A stretch of DNA of 64,000 bases, taken from assembly GCF_009914755.1 (NCBI RefSeq), contig NC_060947.1; one strand, 5' to 3'. A program made the translations under genes and the position numbers. Source of the DNA: the human T2T-CHM13v2.0 reference genome, Homo sapiens. The notes under the pieces are model-generated. The model was not told the DNA's origin. It searched no databases and saw only the letters and a list, made by a program, of their open reading frames with translations. Shown here piece by piece: positions 30,336 through 43,727 of this stretch. The stretch's first letter is position 1; the number at the start of each line of letters is the position of its first letter.

Positions 30336-30967
30336 CTCCTTTTTATTAGGCCCCAGTCTCATTTGACACCAGACCAACTTAGACTGTGCCCCAAAAAAAC
30401 TTGTCATCCCTACTATCTTTTGTCTAGTCATACTCCTATTCACCATTCTCAACTACTCATACATGCCCTGCTCTTGTTTACACTGCCGGTTTACACTGTT
30501 TTTCCAAGCCATCACAGCTGATATCTCCTGGTGCTATCCCCAAACTGCCACTCTAAACTCTTGAAGTAAATAAATAATCTTTGCTGGCAGGACTATGCTG
30601 AATCTCCTTAGGCACTCTCTAATCAGATGTCCTATGTCCTCCCAATTCTTAGACCTTTTATACCTGTTTTTCTCCTTCTCTTATTCCATTTAGTTTCTCA
30701 ATTCATCCAAAACCGTATCCAGGCCATCATCAATCATTCTATACGACAAATGTTTCTTCTAACATCCCCACAATATCACCCCTTACCACAAGACCTCCCT
30801 TCAGCTTAATCTCTCCCACTCTAGGTTCCCACGCCGCCCCTAATCCCGCTTGAAGCAGCCCTGAGAGACATCGCCCATTCTCTCTCCATACCACCCCCCA
30901 AAAATTTTTGCCGCCCCAACACTTCAACACTATTTTGTTTTGTCTTATTAATATAAGAAGGCAGGAA

Positions 30968-31408
30968 TGTCAGGCCTCTGAGCCCAGGCCAGGCCATCGC
31001 ATCCCCTGTGACTTGCACGTATACATCCAGATGGCCTAAAGTAACTGAAGATCCACAAAAGAAGTAAAAACAGCCTTAACTGATGACATTCCACCATTGT
31101 GATTTGTTCCTGCCCCACCCTAACTGATCAATGTACTTTGTAATCTCCCTCACCCTTAAGAAGGTTGTTTGTAATTCTCCCCACCCTTGAAAATGTACTT
31201 TGTGAGATCCACCCCTGCCCACCAGAGAACAACCCCCTTTGACTGTAATTTTCCATTACCTTCCCAAATCCTATAAAACGGCCCCACCCCTATCTCCCTT
31301 CGCTGACTCTCTTTTCAGACTCAGCCCACCTGCACCCAGGTGAAATAAACAGCCATGTTGCTCACACAAAGTCTGTTTGGTGGTCTCTTCACATGGACAC
31401 GCATGAAA
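30968..31408 (+). mobile_element. Complete 3' LTR7-family LTR (441 bp)
   Basis: tgtcaggcc...gcatgaaa, with TATAAAA at 31272-31278 and AATAAA at 31344-31349. Confidence 0.95.
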
Positions 31409-31449
31409 GGTACATTTCTGGGCCTTTCTCAGACACATTTGTGAAACTT

Positions 31450-31670
31450 AGAGTTTACATAGTATATCCTTTTCTATCCTTTTGTCTTCAGATTATCTAT
31501 ATCTTTAAATTTAAAATACATTTCTTGTAGATAGCATTTATTTAGGTCTTTTTATTTTTTTATCCAGTCCAGTAAATCTCTGCCCTTTATGTGGTGTTTA
31601 GTTCATTTATATTTAAATTGACTATTGATATGTTTGGCTTTAAGTTTACCATTATTTTTATTATGTTTTG
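31450..31670 (-). mobile_element. Ancient L1M ORF2 5' fragment
   Basis: tttcttgtagatagcat...tatccagtccagtaaatctctgcc...catttatatttaaa. Confidence 0.6.
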
Positions 31671-31959
31671 TGTCAATTGCTCCAGAGCTTACAATGTGAA
31701 GCTTTATCTTATTAAATACATATTAAGCAAAACCTATGTAGATAGAATGCCTTTGATAATTTGCCAAGCATAGTGAAATTTCTGCATCAAATCTATATCT
31801 CCCAAAATAAAAAATCAAAACTCCAGGACTACCATTTTCCCTTTGGCCCTTCTATATCCATGCCATATTGTTTATAGAAAAATGGCATTTAATTCAACTT
31901 AAATTTGCAAGCAAAGATAACTAATGGGGTTGTCTTTAGAAAGGCTACATAAAGAAAGA

Positions 31960-32359
31960 TGTTTCCATCAGGATAGGTTAAGCTGTGCTTTAGTAACACA
32001 CTCCCAAATCTCAGTGGCTTCAAAAAAACTAAAGATTAATTTTTGCCCATGCTGTGTATTCATCAAGGGTAAGCAGGGGTATCTGCTTCACGTTGTCTTT
32101 TCTTAGGACCCAGGATGATGAAATAGCCACTTGCTGGAACATTGTTTATTATCATGGCAGAGGGAAGGAGAGCTCTAATTAATATATTGGTTAAGTACTC
32201 AGCCAGAAGTAACACATGTCACTACTGCTTGCAAGCTATTGGCCAGAACTGGTCACACAAACTTGCACAACAATAAGGGTCCAGATAGTACAACCCTATC
32301 ATGAGTCAGAAGGAGGACAGAATTGGAATATTTAGCAAATAACATTAATGACTACCACA
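31960..32359 (-). mobile_element. MLT1I/J-like MaLR solo LTR
   Basis: The reverse strand begins tgtggtagtcattaatg. Internal motifs caaatctcagtggctt and attggccagaactggtcac. Confidence 0.75.
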
Positions 32360-32809
32360 TGCATTTTCATTTTGTTTGTTTGTTTTTTGTTTTTTTGTTT
32401 CTTTGCAGGTTCCAGAGTCTTTGCTCCCAAAAGGTTGATGCTGCTCGGTCCTTCTTCTGGCACTGGTTTTAAGAGTAACAGTAAATATTCCTAACAAAAA
32501 GAAAAAGTATAAACCAATGATAAGTAGATGCTTTGGGGGAGTGCTATGAGTTATTGGGAAGAACAGGTGAAATTAACTTGAAATCTGTGCAGAAGCAGCA
32601 ATGCTCCCTTTTTGACATCAGGTATGTCTTGAGGGACCAGACAGAGCCTTTAAATAATGGAGTTCTGCCAATAGGTTGGTGTTTTTAAAGCTGTCTGTTG
32701 GCATTTCCATTTACTGTTTCTTTATTCACTATTTCCAAATATCAGATGGTTGTTAAATATTTTGTCAAAAAATGCTATCTTCATTAAACCAATTACTTTA
32801 ATAGTATAA

Positions 32810-33058
32810 TAATAAAATAATACCACTTTTGACAGCTTACCATGTGGCAGGCACTGTCCTAAGTGTTTTACACTATTTGAGGCATTTAATCCCTACAGCA
32901 ATCCTATGAAATAAACGGTATTACTATCCTCATCTTACAGTGAGAAAATGAGAACCAAAGTTTGATTTGCCATATATCACACATTAACAAGGGGACAGAA
33001 TAAGGAGCCTAACTCATACAAGTTAGTCCTCAAGACTGTGTTTCTAACAACCACAGTT
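32810..33058 (-). mobile_element. MIR SINE
   Basis: gcttaccatgtggcaggcactgtcctaagtgtttta...catcttacagtgagaaaatgag. Confidence 0.8.
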
Positions 33059-33099
33059 TATTTCCTTTCTGAAGGGAAGAGAAGAAACATACATTTGAT

Positions 33100-33277
33100 A
33101 AAAAGACTCCTGGACTATAAATGAAAAGACCTGGATTTTAATCCCAGTTTCTGGCACTGACTAGCCATAGGAACTTAGGCAAAACCCTTCCCTTACTCAG
33201 GCCTAAATTTCCTAATCTAGAAAAATAAGCAGAGTAGACTAGATGTTTTTTTAAATCCCTTTTAGTTTTAAGATTCT
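33100..33277 (+). mobile_element. MIR3-like SINE, interrupted at its 3' end by an L1
   Basis: aagacctggattttaatcccagtttctggcactgactagc...gtagactagatg...tagttttaagattct. Confidence 0.65.
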
Positions 33278-33711
33278 CACAATAGCAAAGACTTGGAACC
33301 AACCCAAATGTCCAACAATGATAGACTGGATTAAGAAAATGTGGCACATATACACCATGGAATACTATGCAGCCATTGAAAAATGATGAGTTCATGTCCT
33401 TTGTAGGGACATGGGTGAAGCTGGAAACCATCATTCTCAGCAAACTATCGCAAGGACAAAAAACCAAACACCGCATGTTCTCACTCATAGGTGGGAATTG
33501 AACAATGAGAACACATGGACACAGGAAGGGGAACATCACACACCGGGGCCTGTTGTGGGGTGGGGGAAGGGAGGAGGGATAGCATTAGGAGATATGATGA
33601 GTTAATGGGTGCAGCACACCAACATGGCACATGTATACATATGTAACAAACCTGCACGTTGTGCACATGTACCCTAGAACTTAAAGTATTATATATATAT
33701 ATATATATATA
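33278..33711 (+). mobile_element. 5'-truncated L1PA4/5 3' end with a (TA)n tail
   Basis: L1 3'UTR ttaatgggtgcagcacaccaacatgg...ccctagaacttaaag. TSD aagattct at 33270-33277 and 33712-33719. Confidence 0.9.
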
Positions 33712-36669
33712 AAGATTCTATAAGTCTGTTAAGTATAAATTTCTGTCTAAAAGCAGAGGCTTATGAGTACATCTTTTACACAGAATTTCTTGTTCAAATA
33801 GAATTCTTTGTTTCTAACTCAGAAAAGCACTATTGCTCTGGGCTATCTGCCTGGATGTAGAAATAACCTATCAATATAAAACTGTATGTCAGTGTGAGGG
33901 TCATTGAGATAGGATCCAATCCCTTTGCTCTCTGCTAAAGACAGGATGTAATGATTGCACACAAGTAATAAGCATGACGTTTAATATATTTTAAATTTTT
34001 TTTCTTACTGCTCCTCTCTAGAAATAAGGCTAACCTACCTTGTGGCTTGACTTGGCTTCATGAGGATTGAATTTTTATCCATGTCTAAAGATCTGTCAGT
34101 CTGGAAATGTTTAAATATTTAGGTATTTTGTTTCTGACATGCAGAAAATTTTAACAACTTCTGTACCTCAACAGTCCACTGTTTCTGGTAGTAAGCCATA
34201 ATGAACAAAGAATACAGTGTTAACACAGTCTTCTCCCATTTAGTGAGGCAGTGTGATTTGTAATGAATAGTGGATATTAATGTTTACAGATTTAGATTCG
34301 TTTGTACCACAAATAATCAATTTGGAAAGAAAAACACTTCTGTTTTCCAATTTAAGAAAAACAAACTAAAGATAAGTAACCAGCTATGTTCCCTCAATTA
34401 TGTATTTAAGAACACAAGGATAGCTCTGTGCTGCTGTCTGATGAGAAGTAAATGGCAGGAGAGCAGTTTTCAAAAAATAGAGCTTTAAATTTTAGGTTTA
34501 CCATCTTTCATTGTCACTTTGTATTGTCTGTGAAATCTTTAGCATCATCTCACTGAACACTGGGTACATTTTGCCCAATGATACTGATAACCATAGAAAG
34601 TAGTGAGTTGGTTATTTTTAGTTGATAATTAGTTTAGTTGAGCAAAGTGAGGATTCTCTGAGGTTTTTCCATACACAATTAAAGGTCCTGAGGCTGGAGT
34701 CAGCTAAGGCAGCAGGAAAGTTACGCCAGGATCAAGTGGAAAACTGAAAGGCACAAATCTCACAGTATGACTTTTTGATAATTATAGTGTCCTATGTGGT
34801 AAGAAAGATGATAGGTCAACACTGAGGTTATCAAAAACCCCAGACTATAAATATGTATGTTCACCATTGCCCAGATTTGTTCTCATGATATTTACCATTG
34901 TAGATCCACTGATTCAGAAGAGTGGTAGACTTTATCTCAGACATAAGTGCTCATTGGGAGACCGAGTGTGATGGCAGAATGTTACGCCCAACTGATCATC
35001 CCGCTGACAAGGACACCAAATTAACAACTATCTATACAGAAAAAAAAAAAAAAAAACCCTTCATAAGAACCCAAGTGAGGTGAGCACTTATCTGGTTTTA
35101 ACTTTATATCAATGGAAGAGGCACTGAAGAGATAGAAAAAACAGTCCTGAGTTGATGTCACCCTTCCCCAACCCCAGCAAAGCATCATGGTGCAGAGAGC
35201 ATTTCTGGGCACTGGCAAAGGGAGAACAAAGCAATTATGAAATTATGAGGCATTGAACTCGGTGCTGTCCTGTTAGAGCAGAAAGGAAAACCAGACCAAA
35301 TGCAGCTGATGCCAGCCCACAGAGGGAGCATTTAAAATAGCCCTAGTCAGAGGGGAATAACTAATGCCAGCAATAGGAACTTGGAGTGTCTGCAAACCTT
35401 GCTAGCGAAAGCTACAGTGTTCTGTGTCTCCAGGTAAACTTGAAAGGCAGTCTAGGCTGTAAGGACTGAAAATCTTAGGTGAATCCTAGTGCCTTAAGGG
35501 AACATCAGTGGTACTCTAACACTACTCCTCATGACCTTGGGTGGTGGTGGCTTTAGGGTGAGGCTCCTGTACCTTTGGAAACAGGAGGGAAGAGTGGGAA
35601 GGACTGCATCTTATGGTTTGAGTGCCATCTTAGCCACAATACAATAGAACACCAGGTAGGCCTCTAAGTTTTTTCACTCTACACTCAGACTCCTGGTTGG
35701 CAACTCTAGACCCATCCGGGGCCTGGGGAAACTTGCTATCCTGAAGGAAAGGACACAAGCCTGGCTGGCTTTGCCACCTGCTCTTTGTAGAGCCCAGGGC
35801 CTTGAGCAAACATAGGCAGAAGCCAGGGACTAGTTCTAGCAAATCTTGGGTGAGACCCACCATTCTGCTGACTTCAGGTCTCATCCAGTACATTCAGAAT
35901 AGTGGTGGCCACAGGGGTGCTTGTGTCACTCCACCCACAACTTTATATGGCTCAGAATAGAGAGAGACATGCTGAATGTTTGGGTGAAAGTAAGGGAAGA
36001 GAACAAGAGTCTCTGTCGGGTAATCCAGAGAATTCAAGATTTTCTCTACTAACATCAAGGAGGTACCTCTACAAGTCAACAAGAACTATAGTATTACTAG
36101 GCTTGGCAGGCCCCCTGAAGCAGAAAAAGCTTAGATCACAGCACCCAAGCCTTTACAAATATCTGCAAAGCTTTCGCAACAAGGACAGCTACAGATAAGC
36201 TCAGACAGTGAAGCCTGCAATAAATACCCAACTATTCAATGCTAAGACACCAAATTAGAAAGAAAAAGGCATTAATAAGCAATAAGTAATCACCTGAAGG
36301 TACAAAACTTATTGGTAATAGTAAGTACACAGAAAAACACAGACTATTGTAACGCTATAACTGTGGTATGTAAACTATTCTTATCCTAAGTAGAAAGAAT
36401 AAACTATGAAGCAATCAAAAATAATAATTACAACAACTTTTCAAGACATAGTCAATACAAAAAGATATAAATAGAAACAAAAAGTTAAAAAGCAGGGGGA
36501 CAAAGTTAAGGCATAGAGTTATTATTAGTTTGATTTTTGCTTGCTTGTTTAAGCAAATAGTGTTATGCTGTATTCAGATTAAAAATGGGTGATAAAATAG
36601 TATTTGCAAGCCTAATGGTAACCTCAAATCAAAAAACATACAATGGATACACAAACCATGAAAAGCAAG

Positions 36670-37041
36670 TGTATTTGTCCATTTACACACTGCTATAAAG
36701 AACTACTTGAGACTAAGTAATTTATAAAGGAAAGAGGTTTAATTGACTCACAGTTCCACATGGCTGGGGAGACCTCAGGAAGCTCGTAATCATGGAAGAA
36801 GGGGAAGCAAGGCACCTTCTTCACAAGGTGACAGGAGGGAGAATGAATGCAGGAGGAACTACTAAACACTTATAAAGTCATCATATGTTGTGAGAACTCA
36901 CTCACTATTAGGAGAACAGCATGGGGGAAACCACCACCATGAATCAATTACCTCCACCTGGTCTCTCTCTTGACACATGGGTATTATGGGGATTATAATT
37001 TAACAGGAGATTTTGGGTAGGGATACAGCCAAAACATATCA
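36670..37041 (-). mobile_element. THE1D/MSTA-like MaLR solo LTR inside the L1
   Basis: aaagaggtttaattgactcacagttcc...cagccaaaacatatca. TSD gcaag/gcaat. Confidence 0.88.
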
Positions 37042-38481
37042 GCAATAAACTAAATCATATCACAAGAGAAAATCACCTTTGCTAAAGGAAGACAGGAAGG
37101 AAAGGAAGAAGGATGAGAAGACAACAAAACAACCAGAAACACATAACTAATTGACAAGAGTAAGTCCTTACTTATCAATAATTACATTCAATGTAAATGG
37201 ACTAAACTCTAATAAAAAGACATAGACTGGCTAAATGGATGAAAAAACAAAACCCCTTGATCTGTTGCCTACAAAAAACACACTTCACCTATAAAGATAC
37301 ACATAGACTAAAAGTAAAGAGTTAGAAAAAGATATTCCATGCCAGTGGAAACCAAGAAAAAGCAGGAGTCACTATACTTATATCAGATGAAATCGATTTC
37401 AATACAAAAACTATGAGAAGAGACAAGATCACTATATAATCATAAAAGGGCTAATTCAGCAAGAGTAGATAATAATTTTAAATATATACGCACCCAATAC
37501 TGGAGCACCCAGATATATAAAGAAATGTTATTAGAGATAAAGAGAGAGGTAGGCCCTAATACAATAATAGCTGGAGACTTAACAAACCACTTTCAGCATA
37601 GGACAGATCTTCCAGACAGAAAATCAACAAAGAAACATCAGAATTTATCTGCAATATAGACCAAATGAATTTAATAGTTATTTACACAATATTTCATCCA
37701 ACAGCTACAGAATACACACTTTTCCTCAGCATATGATCATTCTCAAGGATAGACCACATTAGGTCACAAAACAAGTCTTAAAACATTCCAAAAAATTGAA
37801 ATACTATCAAGTATCTCCTCTGACCACAATGAAATAAAACTAGAAATTAATAATAAGAAGAATTTTGGAAGCTATACAAATACATGGAAACTAAACAATA
37901 TGCACCTGAGTGACCAGTGGGTCAATGAATAAATCAAGAAGGAAATTGAAAAATTCCTCAAAACAAATGATAATAGAAACACAACATACCAAAACCTATA
38001 GGACACAGCAAAGGCAGTACTAAGTGGGCAGTTTATAGCTATAAGTGCTTACATGAAAAAGAGGAAAGACTTCAACTGAACAATCTAATGATGCATCTTG
38101 GAAAAGCAAAATCAAACAAAACCCAAATAAGTAGAAGAAAAGAAATAATAAAGATTAGAGCAGAAATTAATGAAAGAAGGTTCAAAAGATCAATAAAATA
38201 AAAAGTCATTTTTGAAAGATTAGATAAAATTGACAAACAGCCAGACTAAGAAAAAAAATATCCAAATAAACTTAGAAATGAAAAAGGAGACATTACAACT
38301 GACACTGTAGAAATTCAAGAGATCATTAGTGGCTACTATGAGCAACTATATGCCTATAAATTGGAAAGGCTAGAAGAAATTGACAAATTCCTAGATACAT
38401 AAAACCTGCTAAGATTGAACTAGGAAGAATTCCAAAACCTGAACAGAAGAATAACAAATAATGAGATCAAAACTAAAATAG

Positions 38482-38529
38482 TAGGTTGGTGCAAAAATAA
38501 TTACGGTTTTTGCCATTGAAAGTAATGGC
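38482..38529. mobile_element. Partial MADE1 (Hsmar1-derived MITE)
   Basis: taggttggtgcaaaaataattacggtttttgccattgaaagtaatggc is one terminal inverted repeat, the spacer and the start of the second repeat. Confidence 0.85.
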
Positions 38530-38661
38530 CTGGAACCTGATGACTTCACTGCCAAATTCTACCAAACATTTAGAAAAGAATTAATAGCAACCCTACTCCT
38601 CTATTCCAAAAAATGGAGGAGGAGGGAATACTGCTAAACTTATTCTATGAGGCCAGTATTA

Positions 38662-39099
<438 letters not shown>

Positions 39100-40204
39100 C
39101 TAAAGGCCAATATCTCTGATGAATATTGAGGCAAAAATCCTCAGCAAAATACTAGCAAACAGAATTCAACACTACATTAGAAAGATCATTCATCATGATC
39201 AAGTGGGATTTGTCCCATGGTTGCAAGGATGGCTCAACATACAGAAATCAATCGATGTAATACATCATATCAACAGAACGAAGGATAAGAACCATATGAT
39301 CATTTCAATTGATGCTGAAAAAAAATTTCAAAAACTTTAACATTCTTTCATGATAAAAACCCTGAAAAAACTGAGGATAAAAAGAACTTACCTCAGCATA
39401 ATAAAAGCCATATATGACAGACCCACAGCAAATATCATAGTGAATGGGCAAAAACAGAAAGCCTTTCCTCTAAGACATGGAATACGGCAGGAATGTCCAT
39501 TGTCACCACTGTTATTCAACATAGCACTGGAAGTCCATGCTAAAGCAATCAGACAAGAGAAAGATATAAAGTGCATCCAAATTGAAAAGGAAGAAGTCAA
39601 ATTATCCTCGTTTGCAGATTATATCATCTTATATTTGGAGAAACCTAAAGATTCCAAAATAAAACTATTAGAACTTATAAACAAATTCAGTAAAGTTGCA
39701 GGATACAAAATTAACATACAAAAATTAGTAGCAGTTCTATATGCCAACAGTGAACAATTTGAAAAAGAAGTTAAAAAGTAATCCCATAGCCACACACAAA
39801 ATTAAATAACTAGGAATTAACTTAATCAAAGGATTGAAAGATTTCTACAATGAAAACTATAAAACAGTGATGAAAGAAATTGAAGAGGACACCAAAAATT
39901 GGGAAAATATTCCATGTTCATAGATGGAAAGAATCAATATTGTTAAAATGCCCATACTACCCCAAGCAATCTACAGATTTGATGCAATCCTTATCAAAAT
40001 ACCGATGGCATTCTTCACAGAAATAGACAAAAACAATCCTAAAATTTACATGAAACTACAACTAGGATAGCAAAAGATATCCTAAGCCAAAAGAACAAAA
40101 CTGGAGGAATCACAGTACCTGACTTTAAATTATATGACAGAGCTACAGTAATCAATACAGCATGGTGCTGGCATAAAAACAGACACATAGCCCAGTGGAA
40201 TACT

Positions 40205-40278
40205 TACTTTCAGCAGTATGGCCATTTTCATGATATTGATTCTTCCTATCCATGAGCATGGAATGTTTTTCCGTTTGT
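40205..40278 (-). mobile_element. Short antisense L1 ORF2 fragment
   Basis: The reverse strand encodes [23 protein letters not shown]. Confidence 0.8.
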
Positions 40279-41763
40279 AAGAGGTGATAGTAACTTAAAG
40301 AGGAATCAGTAAGCTCTCTCTGAAGTACATGACCTGAACCCAGCAGAACAGAAGACTATGTACCTGGCTCCCAGAAATAGAAGAATAGGGATCACATGTC
40401 AATAGAGATTGGCAAGTTATTCAAGGAGAGAGTCAGGAGTTCATGGGGGTGAACAGTGATCTCCAAGAGTTGGGAAGCAATACTACCATGTCAACATGGG
40501 GCTAAAATGCCATGTCCTAGGTATCTTAAATAGTTACCTCTGCTAAGAAAGTTTCTGAAAACAAAATCTATCATTGCAATGCATCCTCTTCATTAATAGA
40601 GGTCTAGCTACTTTAAGTATATACTTGGCCTTTGGAGACTCCTTATCTTCCAGTCTGCATTACATAAAAGAGACAAAAGGGGGTACCAAATTACCTAGCA
40701 AAAGTGAAGGTGCAAATGTTTTATCTTTTCTTATAGTTGGTATAAAAAAACTGAGCATGCTGAAATTGAAATCACACAAACAGAGGTTTGTTTTTAAGTC
40801 TAAAAAAATTACACAGGGTCTTCTGGAAGATACCATAGTGAAAATGCTCATGAAATGTATCACTAAATCATATAAAATTCAATAAGTAGTCATAAATTCA
40901 TGGGTTGCATTTTATTTTCTGCTACAGAAAGCATCACCTCATTACTAATACACTCAGAAAGCTGTTGAAGAAATCATTAGTCTTAATAAGATTGTTGATT
41001 TATTTTCTTCTTGATTGTGACAAAAGCCAGCATAAGAAGGACAAAGAAGGAAAGACATCATTGCCAACTACCCATAAACTATTTCCAAGGAAAACATTTT
41101 ATTATTTGTGTATATTAGGAGTAATACACGAGAAGGCATCAATAATAAGCTGATTCTCTAGCCAAACAATCTAAATTTAAATCTAACCTTGGCCTGTTAA
41201 AGATGTCTATAAGGAAATCTCATTCACTCATGTTAAAAGCCTTTCAAGATTAAAATTAATGCTGGCAATTGAGGAATATATTTTTATGGTATATAACCTC
41301 TGAGAACCTATGTGATCATCATGTTAAAGAACAATGAAAATGTTAGTTTTTGTCTCCTTTATGTTTTGTCAGAAAAGAAGCATAGCAAAAGGTTTTCAGC
41401 CCAAACTGAATCTCTAGTTTTCTTCCCTGTTTATCATAGGTTTTCACTTTGCTCTGATCAATGTATTTGATAAATGTATGAATGAATGAATGAATGAATT
41501 GTCCTTCATTAGGTATGCTTAACACACAGTAGTAACAAGCGAGACGTGTATTCTAATGATCCCATAGTTTATAAAGGAAAAAAAGTAGCAGCTTATTTAT
41601 TGAATAAATATTTATTCAAAATCTACAATGTGTCAAGTACTCTTATAGGCCCTGGAGGAATAAAAAATAAATGAGGCAGACACTGTTCTTGGCTCATAAG
41701 GTACTTTAAAAAATCAGAAAAAAACAGACATTAAATAATTAAACAATTAAAATACTATGGACT

Positions 41764-42148
41764 TGTAGTTTGCTCAAGTTGCCTAGCAGAATACCATAGA
41801 ACGTATGGGTTAAACAACAAACACTTATTTTTTTTCCACATTTTTCAAAGCTAGAAGTTTAAAATCAAGACGCCAGCAGAGTTGGTTTCTGGTAAGTCCT
41901 CTCTCCTTGGCTTGCAGATGACCACATTCTTGCTGTGTCCTCACATGGCCTTTTCTCTGTGTTTGCACAGAAAAAGGATATCTCTGTTATCCCCTCCTCT
42001 ATCTATAAAGATACCAGTCCTGTTGGATTAAAGCCCCACCATTGTTACCCCCATTTAACCTTAATTACATCCTACAAGCCCTATCTCAAAAAACAGTTAC
42101 ATTGGTTCAACAAATAAATCTGGAGGGGACACAATTCAGTCCATAACA
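41764..42148 (-). mobile_element. MLT1A-like MaLR solo LTR
   Basis: ttaaacaacaaacacttattt...ctctccttggcttgcagatg...ggggacacaattcagtccataaca. Confidence 0.82.
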
Positions 42149-42404
42149 AGTTTTCAAAGATGTTACAGAAAAGAGGGGTACATTATGCTCTCACAGCATA
42201 CCTATAAGTGTGATACACTAGTCTGGGTGTCATGGAAGCCTTCCATGAAGAGGTCATTTAAGCTTAGCTTGAAGCACAAGTAAATAGTTTGGAAAAGGAT
42301 AGGGGGAAACTAAAGGAGCAGCAACAACATACAAAAATTGCAAAATATGGCACATTCAAATAAATGAAATAACCTCAAAGCAGCTGGAACAGAGAAAGGA
42401 AAGA

Positions 42405-42816
42405 TGACATGGTTTGGCTCTGTGTCTGCAACCAAATCTCATGTTGAATTACAATTCACAATGTTGGAGGTGCGTCCTAGTGGGAGATGACTGGATCATG
42501 TGGGTGTTTTCTAATGGTTTAGCATTTTCACCTAGTGCTGTCTCATGATAGAGTTCTCACGAGATCTGAGAACTCGTGAGTTCTTTGAAAAGTGTGTAGC
42601 ACCTCCCCATTAGTTCTCTCTCTCTTCCTGTTCCCACCGTGTAAGATGTGCTGGCTTCCCCTTCACCTTCCGCCATGATTGCAAATTTCCTGAGGCCTAC
42701 CCAACTGTGCTTCCTGTAGAGCCTTCAGAAAGCTGTGAGTCAATTAAACCTCTTTTCTTTATAAATTACCTAGTCTCAGGTATGTCTTTATAGCAATGTG
42801 GGAATGGACTAATACA
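42405..42816 (+). mobile_element. MSTA-like MaLR solo LTR
   Basis: tgacatggtttggctctgtgtc...attaaacctcttttctttataaattacc...ggactaataca. TSD aaaga/gaaga. Confidence 0.88.
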
Positions 42817-43727
42817 GAAGATAAGAATGACTAGGCTGAATAGCCAGGTAAAAATCACCTTACGAGCCTCATGAAAGGATTTGAAGTCTACCCTAAGGCA
42901 AATGGGAAAACACTTTATGATTTTAAATAAGGGTCATATTTACTCTTTAGAGAGAGGACTCTGACTACAGTGGCTGAGTGTGCATCTGTGTGGCTGTGCC
43001 TGCATACTCTTATTTTACACATAGTCCTAGAGTACCTTGCCTCACGGCCACACACTATTAAGAAGGCCCACATTCAACTTTCAGCTGTGTTTCTGATAGC
43101 TGCTATGTGAGATTGTGTACCTTTGTCACACTCTTTCATGAAGGAAAATGTGGAATGAAAGGGCACAGAGATGGTGCCCCAGCTTAATATTTGCATTCCC
43201 CTTCTCCTCCTTCAATAACAATAGTATTTATAATTCATAATAGTAATTAATAGTTATTGATCATATACTATACGTAAGACACTGGTAACTATTTGAAATG
43301 AGTTATCTTATTTTTTAACTTTCGTTTTAGGTTCAGCAGTATATGTGCAGGTTTGTTATGTAGGTAAATTGTGTGTCACAGGGATTTGCTGTACAGAATA
43401 TATCATCACCCAAGTAATAAGATAATACTCAATAGATAGTTTTGATCCTCACCCTCCTCCCACTCTTCATTCTCAACTAGGCACTGGTGTCTGTTGTTCT
43501 CTTCTTTCTGTTCATGTGTACTTGGTGTTCAGCTCGCACTTATAAGTGAGAACACGCAATATTTGGTTATGTGTTTCTGTAGTCGTTTGCTTAGGATAAT
43601 GGCCTCCAGCTCCACCCATGTTGCTGCAAAAGACATATAATCTTATTTTTTGCTCTAGCTGTGTAGTATTCCATGGTGTATATGTACCACATTTCCTTTA
43701 TCCAGTCTACCATTGATGAGCATTTAG

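Larger units (their letters stand above)
25852..31408 (+). mobile_element. HERV-H provirus (deleted type; decayed gag/pro/pol, env absent)
   Basis: LTRs at both ends, 5-bp TSD ggtac (25847-25851 and 31409-31413), His-tRNA primer-binding site, and polypurine tract aagaaggcaggaa (30955-30967). Confidence 0.96.
41590..42975 (-). mobile_element. L2 LINE fragment interrupted by two LTRs
   Basis: aataaatatttattcaaaatctacaatgtgtcaagtact, ggaagccttccatgaagaggtcatttaagct and aaggatttgaagtctaccctaaggcaaatggg. Confidence 0.65.

Noticed and set aside
40574-41153. 103-aa and 82-aa ORFs in unique sequence
   Set aside because: They have non-ATG starts, AT-rich composition and no recognisable motif, which is consistent with chance.
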